A stretch of 41,842 nucleotides of DNA from Bacillales bacterium UBA6769 (GCA_002453275.1 DKGN01000145.1:1-41842), one strand, 5' to 3'; counted from the stretch's first letter, positions 1 to 9,820 are shown. Notes: a model not told the origin generated them from the letters alone. Translations and numbers: made by a program.

Positions 1-23
1 GCCCATGCTGGGCGCACATTAAT

Positions 24-55
24 AAAGGGATGTTCTCTTCGAGAACATCCCTTTT
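24..55. terminator. Intrinsic terminator, likely bidirectional
   Basis: Perfect hairpin AAAGGGATGTTCTC-TTC-GAGAACATCCCTTT just after the UPF0182 stop, with A/T tails on both sides. Confidence 0.85.
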
Positions 56-61
56 CCAATT

Positions 62-2839
62 TTATTCTGCCGATTCAGGCTTTGATTCGTCTTGACTAGA
101 GCGCCATTCTGAAAGTAATTCTTCTAATTTTTGCAACGCTTGCCCTGCTTCGACGTAGTTACCTGCTTTATTCGCTTCTTGATATTTGTTAAATGTTGTC
201 TCAATTTCTTGTAGCAATTCTTGCGGCACTTTTACTTTTGGCTCTTCTTGTTCTGGCACATCGTTACCTGGTTCCGCCTCACCAACTTCTTCTGGAGGAA
301 CTCGGTCTTCAATTAATGAAAGAAGTCGCTCTAGCGCCTGATCCAAAGTTGGCTCCATGACGATATAGTCTTGATACGAAACGATAATCCGCTTCACTTC
401 AGGCAATGCTGTTTTATTATTTGATTCGATATACATTGGTTCTACGTAAAGCAACGTATCCTCGATCGGAACAACGAGTAAATTACCACGTATCACTTTC
501 GAACCGCCTTGAGACCATAAATTAAGCTCTTGAGAAATAGCAGCATCTTGGTTAATTCTATTTTCAATTTGCTGAGGGCCATATATATTCCGCTGTTTAG
601 AATATTTGTACACGAACATCTCACCGTAATGATCACCATCGTTACGAACACCCATCCAGGCTGACATGTTTTGCTTTTTGTTCGGCGTATAAGGAGTCAT
701 TAAAATAAATTCTTCGTGTTCCGAGTCATCTAATTTCATCGTCACGTAATATGGCTCCATCTGAATGTCTTCTCCGTAATACTTCTCAGTTGGGATTTGC
801 CAAAAATCCTCACGATTATAAAACATTTCAAGATTTGTCATATGATACGCACGATACAGCTCTGCTTGCGTATTAAACAATTCTACCGGATAGCGGAAAT
901 GCTCACGAATATCCTCTGGTACGTCTGTCGTAAACAAATCTGGGAACATGTTTTGATAAGTTTTTGCGATTGGCTCTTCTGGTTCAATTAAGTAAAAAGT
1001 CACTTCTCCCGTATAAGCATCGACTGTAATTTTAATTGGATTACGAATATAGTTCGAGCGTTGACTACCAGGATCTGAGTACGGGTACCGATTCGTTTTC
1101 GTAAAGGCATCCATCATCCACACTAACGTTCCGTCATCACGGATGACAAGGTAAGCGTCTGGCTCAAATTCTAAAAACGGTGCAATTCGTTCAACTCGTT
1201 TATAAATGTTCCGTGTTTGTAACAGTTGACTTTCTTGATCCAATTGCTGTGAAACAACATACCGATGCGATTTTTCATCGAGTGCAAAGAGAAAGCGGTT
1301 TATCCCTTTGAGAGGAATTCCTGTTCTTTCTTCATACCGATGTGTTGCAGATTCTTCACTATCAGGAAAATCAAATTCGTCAATTTTAGAATTCACGACA
1401 ACAGAATGGTAATCATTTTCACCAAAATAAATTTGGGGACGCTCAATATCAATGCTACCTTCTGGCGGTAAATCTTTTACAATATATTGCGGTTGTCCTT
1501 CAGCCGTGATCGCATTCACATTACTCACTGCAACCCCGTAACCATGTGTATAACGAAGGTGCTTGTTCACCCAAGTCTGTGCACGATCTGGCAAGTTTTC
1601 CTGTGTTAATTCACGAGCTGATAAAAATACTTGCTGATATTCTCCGTCAATGTTGTAACGATCGATATCAACGTCTGTGAAATTATAATATGGTCGGAAT
1701 GTCTGGAGCTGATTGTACACTTCTTTTAGTGGACGAGTATCATTAATTCGTATGTTTGCGACTGTGTCTTCATTCTTTTTTAACATATCTGCAGTTAAGG
1801 AATCATTCACTTGCTTATCCTCAACCTTCACTTCATCGAGCGCGTATGCTTTACGCGTCATGTCGATGTTATGTGCCAAAAATGGTTCTTCTTTTGCCAG
1901 TTCGTTCGGTGAAACGACAAACGTTTGAACAACGACAGAAGCAGCTGTCCCAATGATAAATGTCCCGACAAATAGAGGAATTACAATTTTGACGAAAAAT
2001 GGTCTCCGTTGTACCGTCGCTAACACGAGTAACAGGGTAGAAAGAAGTGTCACGCCAACCATCACATAATCAAATGGGATGTTGACAAATTTATCTGTAA
2101 AACTAATCCCTTCAACGACTGACTCTTGAAACAAGTTCACGCTACTCGTTAATGTTTTTTCATATGGTGCTAGAAAAAACTTCACAGCGAGAACGAGACC
2201 GAATAAAATGACACTGACGATAAAGTGCCGTTGGGCACGACGCGAATGCTTGATGAACTCATGAACCGAGTATGAAATGAGCTTTACAACAATATTGGCA
2301 CCAAAGATAACGAGCAAGACACCAATAATAAAGTTCCACATCGGCAACGTGTAAACGAAAAACGACAAATCACGTCCAAAATAAGGGTCGCTTACGCCAA
2401 AAGGTACTTGATTAATAAACCCGAGGATTCGTTCCCAACCAATGCCTTTTACGATGGCACCACCGAGCAATCCAATGAAAAAAGAGACGACAATATTTAG
2501 CATCGTAAAAATTTTACGCCGTACAATAACATAAGGAAGTCTCTCATTTGGATAATCTTTCATGAAGGTTGCCCGAATATTAGTAAATAATAAGAATGTA
2601 CTAATAAAAAATAATAGGAAGCCTCCAACCCATAGACTAATCTGTGTCATGAACATCGTCATAAACACAGAACTGAATCCGAGATGGTCTGTCCATATAT
2701 AATTTGTCCAAATATTAACTGCGATACTACCAATAATTAGAGCGATCAATAAAATTCCCACTATTTTGCCGAGGTTTATTAGTTTTCGTGGCGGTTGTGG
2801 GAATTGGATTGTATCTCTTTGTTGATCATCAGACTTCAC
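62..2839 (-). CDS. UPF0182 family integral membrane protein
   Basis: Multi-TM N-terminus with DPYFGRDLSFFVYTLP; NIDMTRKAYAL, WVNKHLRYTHGYG, RPQIYFGE, YGPQQIENRINQD, VIRGNLLVVP motifs. Start moved to GTG 2839 (GGAG RBS 7 nt upstream). Confidence 0.9.
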   Translation of the reverse strand: MKSDDQQRDTIQFPQPPRKLINLGKIVGILLIALIIGSIAVNIWTNYIWTDHLGFSSVFMTMFMTQISLWVGGFLLFFISTFLLFTNIRATFMKDYPNERLPYVIVRRKIFTMLNIVVSFFIGLLGGAIVKGIGWERILGFINQVPFGVSDPYFGRDLSFFVYTLPMWNFIIGVLLVIFGANIVVKLISYSVHEFIKHSRRAQRHFIVSVILFGLVLAVKFFLAPYEKTLTSSVNLFQESVVEGISFTDKFVNIPFDYVMVGVTLLSTLLLVLATVQRRPFFVKIVIPLFVGTFIIGTAASVVVQTFVVSPNELAKEEPFLAHNIDMTRKAYALDEVKVEDKQVNDSLTADMLKKNEDTVANIRINDTRPLKEVYNQLQTFRPYYNFTDVDIDRYNIDGEYQQVFLSARELTQENLPDRAQTWVNKHLRYTHGYGVAVSNVNAITAEGQPQYIVKDLPPEGSIDIERPQIYFGENDYHSVVVNSKIDEFDFPDSEESATHRYEERTGIPLKGINRFLFALDEKSHRYVVSQQLDQESQLLQTRNIYKRVERIAPFLEFEPDAYLVIRDDGTLVWMMDAFTKTNRYPYSDPGSQRSNYIRNPIKITVDAYTGEVTFYLIEPEEPIAKTYQNMFPDLFTTDVPEDIREHFRYPVELFNTQAELYRAYHMTNLEMFYNREDFWQIPTEKYYGEDIQMEPYYVTMKLDDSEHEEFILMTPYTPNKKQNMSAWMGVRNDGDHYGEMFVYKYSKQRNIYGPQQIENRINQDAAISQELNLWSQGGSKVIRGNLLVVPIEDTLLYVEPMYIESNNKTALPEVKRIIVSYQDYIVMEPTLDQALERLLSLIEDRVPPEEVGEAEPGNDVPEQEEPKVKVPQELLQEIETTFNKYQEANKAGNYVEAGQALQKLEELLSEWRSSQDESKPESAE

Positions 2840-2903
2840 ATAAAAGCTCCTCTCTAAATCTATGAAAATTAAGATTTTAAATAGACAATACACTCTTAGT
2901 ACT

Positions 2904-2932
2904 AGTTTAGAGAAAAAAAGGACCTATATCAA
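2904..2932 (-). promoter_or_regulatory. Putative SigA promoter of the UPF0182 gene
   Basis: Minus strand TTGATA-N17-TAAACT. Confidence 0.5.
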
Positions 2933-2981
2933 TTGTTCACCTAAAATAAATAGAGCGGTTCATCAATTTGTTTCGCAATGT

Positions 2982-3662
2982 TCACTTTTGCTCATGTAAG
3001 GCATAAATTTTTTCAGGATTTGCCACCAAATCTTCTGTTATCTGAACTTGGCACGTCTTATTATTATTAATAAATTTAAAAACCCCATTGTTGAAATCCG
3101 TTCCAATTTCTTTATAAAAAATGCCTTTGTAGCAGGCGTCCTTTGATAATGTAAAGCTTAGGCGATAACTGTCCTGATCCTTTACTAAATAAGCACGAAC
3201 TCCTCGTTCAAAATGAACATCCTCCTTACCATTAATGGAACGGTCAATGGAGACGACATGCAGATCGACAAATGTCATTTCTCGTAATAAGACATTGATA
3301 AATGAACCTTTCGTAATTTCTTCCCAGCGGCTCTGTGCCGTTTGACCAATAATAATCTGTGTAATGTTGTATTTATGGGCAACGTCAGCGATCACCTTTT
3401 CAATTGGACGTTTTTCGTTATCATAGAGAAGAAATTCATCAATATTATCATGTTGTTCCCCAAGTTCCTGCCATCGTTCGATATAACCAGAGCGTTCCGC
3501 GTCAAATTCATCGTATGGTAAGGGATCGACCGTTAAAATGTATAAAGGGCAATCTAACATGCTGGCCATTTTTTGACCCCTTTTAATTAAGCGCTCACCA
3601 TTCGGACCGTAATAAACACAGACAAGTATACTTTCATCCATACGCCCTCTCTCTTTTTTCAT
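2982..3662 (-). CDS. Universal stress protein (KdpD-USP-like domain) with C-terminal extension
   Basis: ILVCV..GERLIKRG..A, ITQIIIGQTAQSRWEEITKGSFINVLLRE..VDLHVV resembles the KdpD USP domain. Confidence 0.75.
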   Translation of the reverse strand: MKKERGRMDESILVCVYYGPNGERLIKRGQKMASMLDCPLYILTVDPLPYDEFDAERSGYIERWQELGEQHDNIDEFLLYDNEKRPIEKVIADVAHKYNITQIIIGQTAQSRWEEITKGSFINVLLREMTFVDLHVVSIDRSINGKEDVHFERGVRAYLVKDQDSYRLSFTLSKDACYKGIFYKEIGTDFNNGVFKFINNNKTCQVQITEDLVANPEKIYALHEQK

Positions 3663-3732
3663 GGCGCTCTCACCCTTTCACATTTTAATCAAGCTCGCAC
3701 ATGTGCAGTTGCCATTAAGTTAGTGTATAATT

Positions 3733-3861
3733 TACAAGGGAAAACTTACCGATTGACAAGCCCTTTGGCGAAGACAGAGGTTTAGTTGCACCTGTACTAT
3801 GAACCAAAAAACTAAAATCGCTACGAACAGTAGTACAAGGAAAACTTGCCAATCGCCAAGC
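3733..3861. repeat. Imperfect ~29-bp direct repeat pair in the usp/mrpA divergent intergenic region
   Basis: TACAAGGGAAAACTTACCGATTGACAAGC (3733-3761) vs TACAAGG-AAAACTTGCCAATCGCCAAGC (3834-3861); partial third copy TACAAGGGA at 3888. Confidence 0.6.
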
Positions 3862-4047
3862 ATTTCTGACATAGTCAAAGGTAATGATACAAGGGATAAC
3901 CCTGTTTTCATCTACTTTTTTATAATTTATACCTATTTTAGACAAGCGTTCTACATCATTATGTAAACTTATTCAAGCATCTCGCTTATTGGCATCTAAT
4001 TATCTCGCTTGTCAGCAGTTGAGTCAAGCATTTGCGGAGGTTTCACG

Positions 4048-6450
4048 TTGTTTACGATAAGTATTGCAATCATTATTCCATTTTTAGCAGCCCTTTTCGT
4101 TCCATTTTTTAACAAAAGGGTGCCACGTATACATGTTGGTTGGTTCGTTCTTATCGTTCCAATTGGTTTGTTTATTACTCTTGCACGATACATTCCTGAG
4201 ATTGCAAGAGGAAATCGTTATCTCTATACATTTGACTGGATCCCAACTTATGGAATTCAATTTTCAACATATCTTGACGGGCTAAGCCTCATTTTTGGTC
4301 TTCTCATTACTGGGATGGGGAGTCTCGTAGTCCTTTATTCCATATATTATTTATCGACTCGTGAGTCTCTTCAACATTTTTATGTTTACTTGCTAATGTT
4401 TATGGGTGCGATGCTCGGTCTCGTATTATCAGATAATGTGATGGTCCTTTACTTGTTCTGGGAACTCACGAGCATTTCATCATTTTTGCTAATCGCGTTC
4501 TGGTTTTATCGAAAAAAGTCAAGATATGGTGCGCAAAAATCGTTACTCATTACGGTAACCGGTGGCGTTGCGATGCTCGCTGGTTTTATTATGCTTTACA
4601 GTATGATGGGAACATTTAGCATTCGTGAAATGGTGTCCTCTATTCACCTTTATACGAGTCATGAGTTGTTTATCCCTGCATTGCTGCTCATTTTACTTGG
4701 CGCTTTTACAAAATCAGTCCAATTTCCTTTCCATATTTGGCTTCCTGATGCAATGGAAGCCCCAACACCTGTTAGTGCTTATTTGCATTCTGCGACAATG
4801 GTTAAAGCCGGTCTCTATTTAGTTGCCCGCTTCACTCCCATTTTTGGTACGGAGCCGATGTGGCTTTGGATTGTGAGTACGGTTGGACTTCTCACTTTAT
4901 TTTGGGGATCGTTTACAGCTGTACGTCAAACCGACTTAAAAGCCTTACTCGCTTACTCAACGATTAGCCAGCTCGGTCTCATTATGTGTTTACTCGGCAT
5001 TGGGTCTGTGACGTATGTGCTCGATTTTGAACCGTCATCGATTATTTACACACAAGCAACATTCGCTGCCTTTTTTCATCTCATTAATCATTCAACCTTT
5101 AAAGGTGCCCTGTTTATGGTTATTGGGATTATTGACCATACACTTGGAACCCGTGACGTCCGTCGTCTTGGTGGATTAATGGCGATCATGCCGGTTACAT
5201 TTACAATCGCACTCATTGGAAGCTTCTCAATGGCAGGTCTACCACCTTTTAATGGTTTTTTAAGTAAAGAAATGTTTTTCTCATCTATTTTACATATTCG
5301 TGAGCTTGATTTGTTTTCAATTCATACGATCTTTCCATTTGTCGCTTGGTTCGCAAGTGTGCTCACATTCGTCTATTGTATGATTATCGTGTTTCGAACG
5401 TTCCTTGGTAAACATCAGCCGAAAAAGATCGACCGCCCTGCAGTAGAAGCTTCACCCGGTATCATTATCGCTCCAGCTCTATTATCTGGATTAATTATTG
5501 TCATCTTCTTCTTCCCAAATGTTGTCAGTGAGGCGTTGTTGCATCCGACTTTGGCGGGTCTATATGAACCGTTAGCACATTCAGTTGCTCTGACACCACA
5601 AATTACAGCTTGGCACGGCTGGAATCCAGAATTACTTATGACGATCGGTGTCATCATGGTAGGAACGATTCTTTATTTATCTTTCCGTTATTGGAGTAAA
5701 GTTTATACATTGTTTCCAGAGCGGTTGTCGTTGGATGCCCTTTATAATCACACAATCGAGCGAGTCGAGAAACGTTCATCACGCATAACCAAATTTTACA
5801 TGACAGGATCGCTCAGAGATTACTTTGCCTACATAATGCTATTTTTTGTCATTACGACTGGAGGTAGCTTGCTTTTTACGCAGACATTTTCATTAGATTT
5901 GTCTAAAGATGCGCCAATTCAAATGTATGAATGGGTTCTTATTATTGTAATGATGGTCGCTGGTATTGCTATTTTATTTGCGAAATCTCGGTTAACTGCG
6001 ATTTTATTGAATGGGGTACTCGGGTTTTCCATTGCCGCCCTTTTCGTTTTATTTCGAGCGCCAGATTTAGCGTTAACACAACTCGTCGTTGAGTCAGTTA
6101 CGACTGCTTTGTTTTTGCTTTGCTTTTACTTTTTGCCTGAATTCAAACAGAAAAAAACGAAGCCGACGTTCCGATTGTCGAACGCGATTATCGCTATCTC
6201 CGTTGGATTCGTATTCATACTCGTTGCCCTAACGGTCAAAAGTAACCGCTTGTTTCCAACGATTGCTAATTACTTTGAAAATGCCTATGAACTTGCCTAT
6301 TCTCTTAATATTGTGAACGCAATTTTAGGCGACTTTCGTGCGTTTGATACGATGCTTGAAGTTGTCGTACTGTTCTTAGCTGGAATTGGTGTCTATACGT
6401 TAATTAAGCTAAAGAGAGGAAGGAGTTCGCAGAACATTGAAGATCAATGA
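4048..6450 (+). CDS. mrpA: Na+(K+)/H+ antiporter subunit A
   Basis: FWELTSISSFLLI, FPFHIWLPDAMEAPTPVSAYLHSATMVKAG, DFRAFDT; start moved to TTG 4048 after GGAGG. Confidence 0.95.
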   Translation: MFTISIAIIIPFLAALFVPFFNKRVPRIHVGWFVLIVPIGLFITLARYIPEIARGNRYLYTFDWIPTYGIQFSTYLDGLSLIFGLLITGMGSLVVLYSIYYLSTRESLQHFYVYLLMFMGAMLGLVLSDNVMVLYLFWELTSISSFLLIAFWFYRKKSRYGAQKSLLITVTGGVAMLAGFIMLYSMMGTFSIREMVSSIHLYTSHELFIPALLLILLGAFTKSVQFPFHIWLPDAMEAPTPVSAYLHSATMVKAGLYLVARFTPIFGTEPMWLWIVSTVGLLTLFWGSFTAVRQTDLKALLAYSTISQLGLIMCLLGIGSVTYVLDFEPSSIIYTQATFAAFFHLINHSTFKGALFMVIGIIDHTLGTRDVRRLGGLMAIMPVTFTIALIGSFSMAGLPPFNGFLSKEMFFSSILHIRELDLFSIHTIFPFVAWFASVLTFVYCMIIVFRTFLGKHQPKKIDRPAVEASPGIIIAPALLSGLIIVIFFFPNVVSEALLHPTLAGLYEPLAHSVALTPQITAWHGWNPELLMTIGVIMVGTILYLSFRYWSKVYTLFPERLSLDALYNHTIERVEKRSSRITKFYMTGSLRDYFAYIMLFFVITTGGSLLFTQTFSLDLSKDAPIQMYEWVLIIVMMVAGIAILFAKSRLTAILLNGVLGFSIAALFVLFRAPDLALTQLVVESVTTALFLLCFYFLPEFKQKKTKPTFRLSNAIIAISVGFVFILVALTVKSNRLFPTIANYFENAYELAYSLNIVNAILGDFRAFDTMLEVVVLFLAGIGVYTLIKLKRGRSSQNIEDQ

Positions 6451-6859
6451 CGTCATTTTACAAACTGTTGCAAAAGTCGTTGTTTTCATCATTTTAACAC
6501 TCGGTGTCTACTTATTTTTATCCGGACATAACAATCCTGGTGGTGGCTTCGTTGGAGGTCTCGTTCTCGCTTCTGCACTCGTTCTTCTTTACTTAGCTTT
6601 TGACATTGAAACAGTCCATAAAGGATTGCCATTTGACTTTAAATTAATTGCCGCTTTTGGTACTTTGTTAGCGGTCTCGACAGGGCTCGGGTCTCTGTTC
6701 TTCGACGCCCCCTTTTTAAATCAAACATTGCTTAGTTTCTCCGTTCCACTTTTTGGCGAATTTGAGTTTTCAACGGTAACCATTTTTGAAGCGGGTGTGG
6801 CACTTGCTGTAGTTGGTGTTGTCATTACGATTATTTTAAGCATTAGCGAGGATGTATAG
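6437..6859 (+). CDS. mrpB: Na+/H+ antiporter subunit B
   Basis: GHNNPGGGFVGGL motif, overlaps mrpA end. Confidence 0.95.
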   Translation: MKINDVILQTVAKVVVFIILTLGVYLFLSGHNNPGGGFVGGLVLASALVLLYLAFDIETVHKGLPFDFKLIAAFGTLLAVSTGLGSLFFDAPFLNQTLLSFSVPLFGEFEFSTVTIFEAGVALAVVGVVITIILSISEDV

Positions 6860-6862
6860 TGT

Positions 6863-7201
6863 ATGGAGACGTTAATTATCATTTTAGCAGGCATATTAGT
6901 GATGGTTGCGACGTATTTGCTACTTTCGAGAACTTTTCTCCAAATTATTCTTGGCACGGCGATTCTGTCCCACGCAGTTCATTTATTACTGATGACGATG
7001 GGTGGATTAAAAACAGGAGCTGTTCCCCTTTTAGGAGAAAAAGCAAAGGCTTATACCGATGCATTGCCACAGGCTCTTATTTTAACCGCGATTGTCATTA
7101 GTTTCGGAGTAACAGCCTTCATTCTTGTGCTCGCTTATCGGGCTTATCAGGAGCTAGGGACCGACGACTTACAACGTTTAAGAGGAGTAGACGATGAATA
7201 A
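6863..7201 (+). CDS. mrpC: Na+/H+ antiporter subunit C
   Basis: LPQALILTAIVISFG motif. Confidence 0.95.
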   Translation: METLIIILAGILVMVATYLLLSRTFLQIILGTAILSHAVHLLLMTMGGLKTGAVPLLGEKAKAYTDALPQALILTAIVISFGVTAFILVLAYRAYQELGTDDLQRLRGVDDE

Positions 7202-8672
7202 CATAATTGCATTACCGATGATCATTCCACTCTTAATAGGCATTATTCTCGTCTTTTTTCGCCGCTTTATTCGACTCCAACGATGGGTAAGCTTCGCTAC
7301 GGCAGTGACGCTCGTCATCATAAGCGCCTACATTCTTAATCTTATTCAAAATAATGGCATTCTTCGGCTTGACTTTGGTGGTTGGGTTCCCCCGTATGGT
7401 ATCTTGTTTGTCGCCGATTCGTTCGCCACGCTACTCGTATTGACAACAAGCCTTGTGACCGCTATTTGTTTGCTGTATGCCTTTCATTCAATCGGCGAAG
7501 CACGGGAAAAAATGTACTTTTACCCGTTTGTCTTGTTTTTAGTTGCAGGTGTCAACGGTTCGTTTTTGACAGGGGATCTATTTAACCTGTTCGTTTGCTT
7601 TGAAGTTATGTTAGTTGCTTCGTACGTACTCGTCACATTAGGTGGAAAGAAAATCCAATTGAGGGAATCGTTTAAGTATGTTGCAATCAACATCGTGTCT
7701 TCTTGGTTTTTTCTCGTGGCAATTGCGTATTTATACGGAACAACAGGAACGTTGAACCTTGCGCATTTATCTGAGCGAATTGCTGAAGTCGGTCAAGGAC
7801 CGTTACTCACAACAATTAGCATTTTGTTTTTAATTGTCTTTAGCTTGAAGGCGGGGCTCGTTCTTTACTTTTGGTTACCTGGCTCGTACAGTACAGCCCC
7901 TACTCCTGTTGCTGCACTATTCGGAGCGCTTCTTACGAAAGTCGGAATTTATGCGCTCTTTCGGGTGTTCACCTTGCTCTTTTATCATGAGCCGTCAATC
8001 ACCCATACACTCATTGCAGTGATGGCAGGGATTACGTTGATTGGAGGAAGTATCGGAGCAATTGCCTATCAAAACATTCGGAAAATCGTATCGTATAATG
8101 TCATCATTACAGTCGGCTTTATCCTTGTTGGTCTAGCCGCTTCAACTTCGATTGGTTTTGAAGGGTCTATTTACTACTTTATTCATGATATGGTTGTCAA
8201 GGCGCTCTTATTTTTGCTTGCTGGAACGATCATAGCGTTAACAGGTACTGCAAAAATTGACCGTATGAGTGGACTTATTCGCAACTACCCTACTTTAGGT
8301 TGGTTATTTTTTATTACGATGTTAGCCCTCGTCGGTGTCCCACCCCTGAGTGGTTTTATCGGAAAAATCTTAGTCGGGCAAGGGGCCATTGAAGCAGGCT
8401 CGTATATTCTACTTGCACTTGCATTTATTTCAAGTTTGTTCGTCTTGTATTCATTACTACGCATCTTTCTCAACTGTTTTTGGGGTGAGACAATCATTAG
8501 TAAGGAAGACAAAGTACCATTGAAAAAGAGCTTGCTCGTCCCGTCCCTACTGCTAACAGCTCTTTCCGTTGGGATCGGTGTTGCCCCAGAAGCAATCGCA
8601 CCTTATATACAAGATGCGGCAAACACATTAACAAATCCAGAGCTTTATATCGATGCCGTTATGAACGATTAA
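7194..8672 (+). CDS. mrpD: Na+/H+ antiporter subunit D
   Basis: GDLFNLFVCFEVML, WLPGSY, LLTKVG, PPLSGFIGK. Confidence 0.95.
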   Translation: MNNIIALPMIIPLLIGIILVFFRRFIRLQRWVSFATAVTLVIISAYILNLIQNNGILRLDFGGWVPPYGILFVADSFATLLVLTTSLVTAICLLYAFHSIGEAREKMYFYPFVLFLVAGVNGSFLTGDLFNLFVCFEVMLVASYVLVTLGGKKIQLRESFKYVAINIVSSWFFLVAIAYLYGTTGTLNLAHLSERIAEVGQGPLLTTISILFLIVFSLKAGLVLYFWLPGSYSTAPTPVAALFGALLTKVGIYALFRVFTLLFYHEPSITHTLIAVMAGITLIGGSIGAIAYQNIRKIVSYNVIITVGFILVGLAASTSIGFEGSIYYFIHDMVVKALLFLLAGTIIALTGTAKIDRMSGLIRNYPTLGWLFFITMLALVGVPPLSGFIGKILVGQGAIEAGSYILLALAFISSLFVLYSLLRIFLNCFWGETIISKEDKVPLKKSLLVPSLLLTALSVGIGVAPEAIAPYIQDAANTLTNPELYIDAVMND

Positions 8673-8688
8673 TTAAACGTTTGATTAA
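8669..8688. promoter_or_regulatory. 20-bp near-palindromic protein-binding site (copy 1), candidate RefZ-binding motif
   Basis: TTAATTAAACGTTTGATTAA, 19/20 identical to the palindrome at 37713-37732. Confidence 0.45.
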
Positions 8689-8702
8689 GAGAGGTGAGAG
8701 TC

Positions 8703-9185
8703 TTGCCTGCACAATTTTTACTTAATGTCTTAATTGCATTTTTGTGGATGTTTCTTAATGATGAAGATGAAATTCGGTTTACGACCTTTTTAACTGGGTT
8801 CGTTATCGGGATGTTTATTGTTTTTTTCATGCATCGATTTTTCGGCCAACAATTTTATTTGCGTCGTCTCATTATGACAGCGAGACTCATACTCATTTTC
8901 ATTTCTGAGATTCTTCAATCGAGCGTTCTTGTTCTTAAACAAATTTTAACTCCGAAGCTTAAATTAACACCTGGAATTATTACATATAAAACAGAGTTGG
9001 AAAGTGACGGGGAAGTGACGACTCTTGCGATGCTACTAACCTTAACCCCGGGGTCTGTCGTGATGGAGGTTTCACCGGAAGGGAATGTCTTTTACATTCA
9101 TGCAATCGATGTTGAAAATTCTCGAGAGGCTTTATACAGTTCTTTAAAACGCTTCGAAAAAGCAATCATGGAGGTGACGCGCTAA
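8703..9185 (+). CDS. mrpE: Na+/H+ antiporter subunit E
   Basis: PGII...LTLTPGS...YIHAID; TTG start after GAGGTGA. Confidence 0.93.
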   Translation: MPAQFLLNVLIAFLWMFLNDEDEIRFTTFLTGFVIGMFIVFFMHRFFGQQFYLRRLIMTARLILIFISEILQSSVLVLKQILTPKLKLTPGIITYKTELESDGEVTTLAMLLTLTPGSVVMEVSPEGNVFYIHAIDVENSREALYSSLKRFEKAIMEVTR

Positions 9186-9469
9186 TGATCAAAGTGATGA
9201 TGAGCACATCTCTCGTTCTCTTTGCGATTGCCATTGCTGTATCGCTCTATCGAATTATCCGCGGTCCGTCGTTACCCGATCGAGTGTTAGCGATGGATTT
9301 AGTCGGGGTAAATCTCGTTTCTGGCATTGCCATCTTTTCAATTTTGTTAAATACGAAAGCGTTCTTTGATGTGATCCTGCTCATTGGGATTCTTGCCTTC
9401 ATTAGTACAATTGCCTTCGCAAAGTTTATTGAAAGAGGTGTCATAATTGAGTATAAAAGAGATCGCTGA
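9185..9469 (+). CDS. mrpF: Na+/H+ antiporter subunit F
   Basis: RGPSLPDRVLAMD motif. Confidence 0.95.
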   Translation: MIKVMMSTSLVLFAIAIAVSLYRIIRGPSLPDRVLAMDLVGVNLVSGIAIFSILLNTKAFFDVILLIGILAFISTIAFAKFIERGVIIEYKRDR

Positions 9470-9809
9470 GTTCGCAGGAGCGCTCCTCATCTTAATCGGC
9501 GCGATCATGAGTGTCGTTAGCGCCTTTGGCATGATTCGCTTCCCTGACGTATATATGAGAGCTCACGCCGCAACTAAAAGCTCTACATTAGCAGTCCTAC
9601 TCACATTAAATGGCGTCTTTTTCTACCTTTGGATAAGTGAGTCATTCATTAGCGTCCGTTTACTACTTGGAATCGTATTTGTTTTTTTCACAGCGCCTGT
9701 CTCAGGACACCTCATCTGTCGTGCCGCTTATCGTTCGAATGTCAAATTAGCAAATGTCACAACAGAGGATAAGCTGAAAAATGTTATTCACCATGAAGAT
9801 GAGTTGTAA
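9447..9809 (+). CDS. mrpG: Na+/H+ antiporter subunit G
   Basis: RFPDVYMRAHAATK, TAPVSGH. Confidence 0.95.
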   Translation: MSIKEIAEFAGALLILIGAIMSVVSAFGMIRFPDVYMRAHAATKSSTLAVLLTLNGVFFYLWISESFISVRLLLGIVFVFFTAPVSGHLICRAAYRSNVKLANVTTEDKLKNVIHHEDEL

Positions 9810-9820
9810 ATTAAGCGACC

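Noticed and set aside
2..22. 3' end of a convergent plus-strand gene (PMLGAH*)
   Set aside because: Plausible given the bidirectional terminator, but too short to support
1913..1932. Third CAAACGTTTG core inside the UPF0182 gene
   Set aside because: Flanks do not match the TTAAT..ATTAA palindrome; likely a coding coincidence
3663..4047. Riboswitch (c-di-AMP, c-di-GMP, Na+/Li+) upstream of usp or mrpA, and ORFs 3715-3945 and 3996-4193
   Set aside because: No recognisable aptamer core or terminator by eye; the ORFs lack RBS and protein-like features
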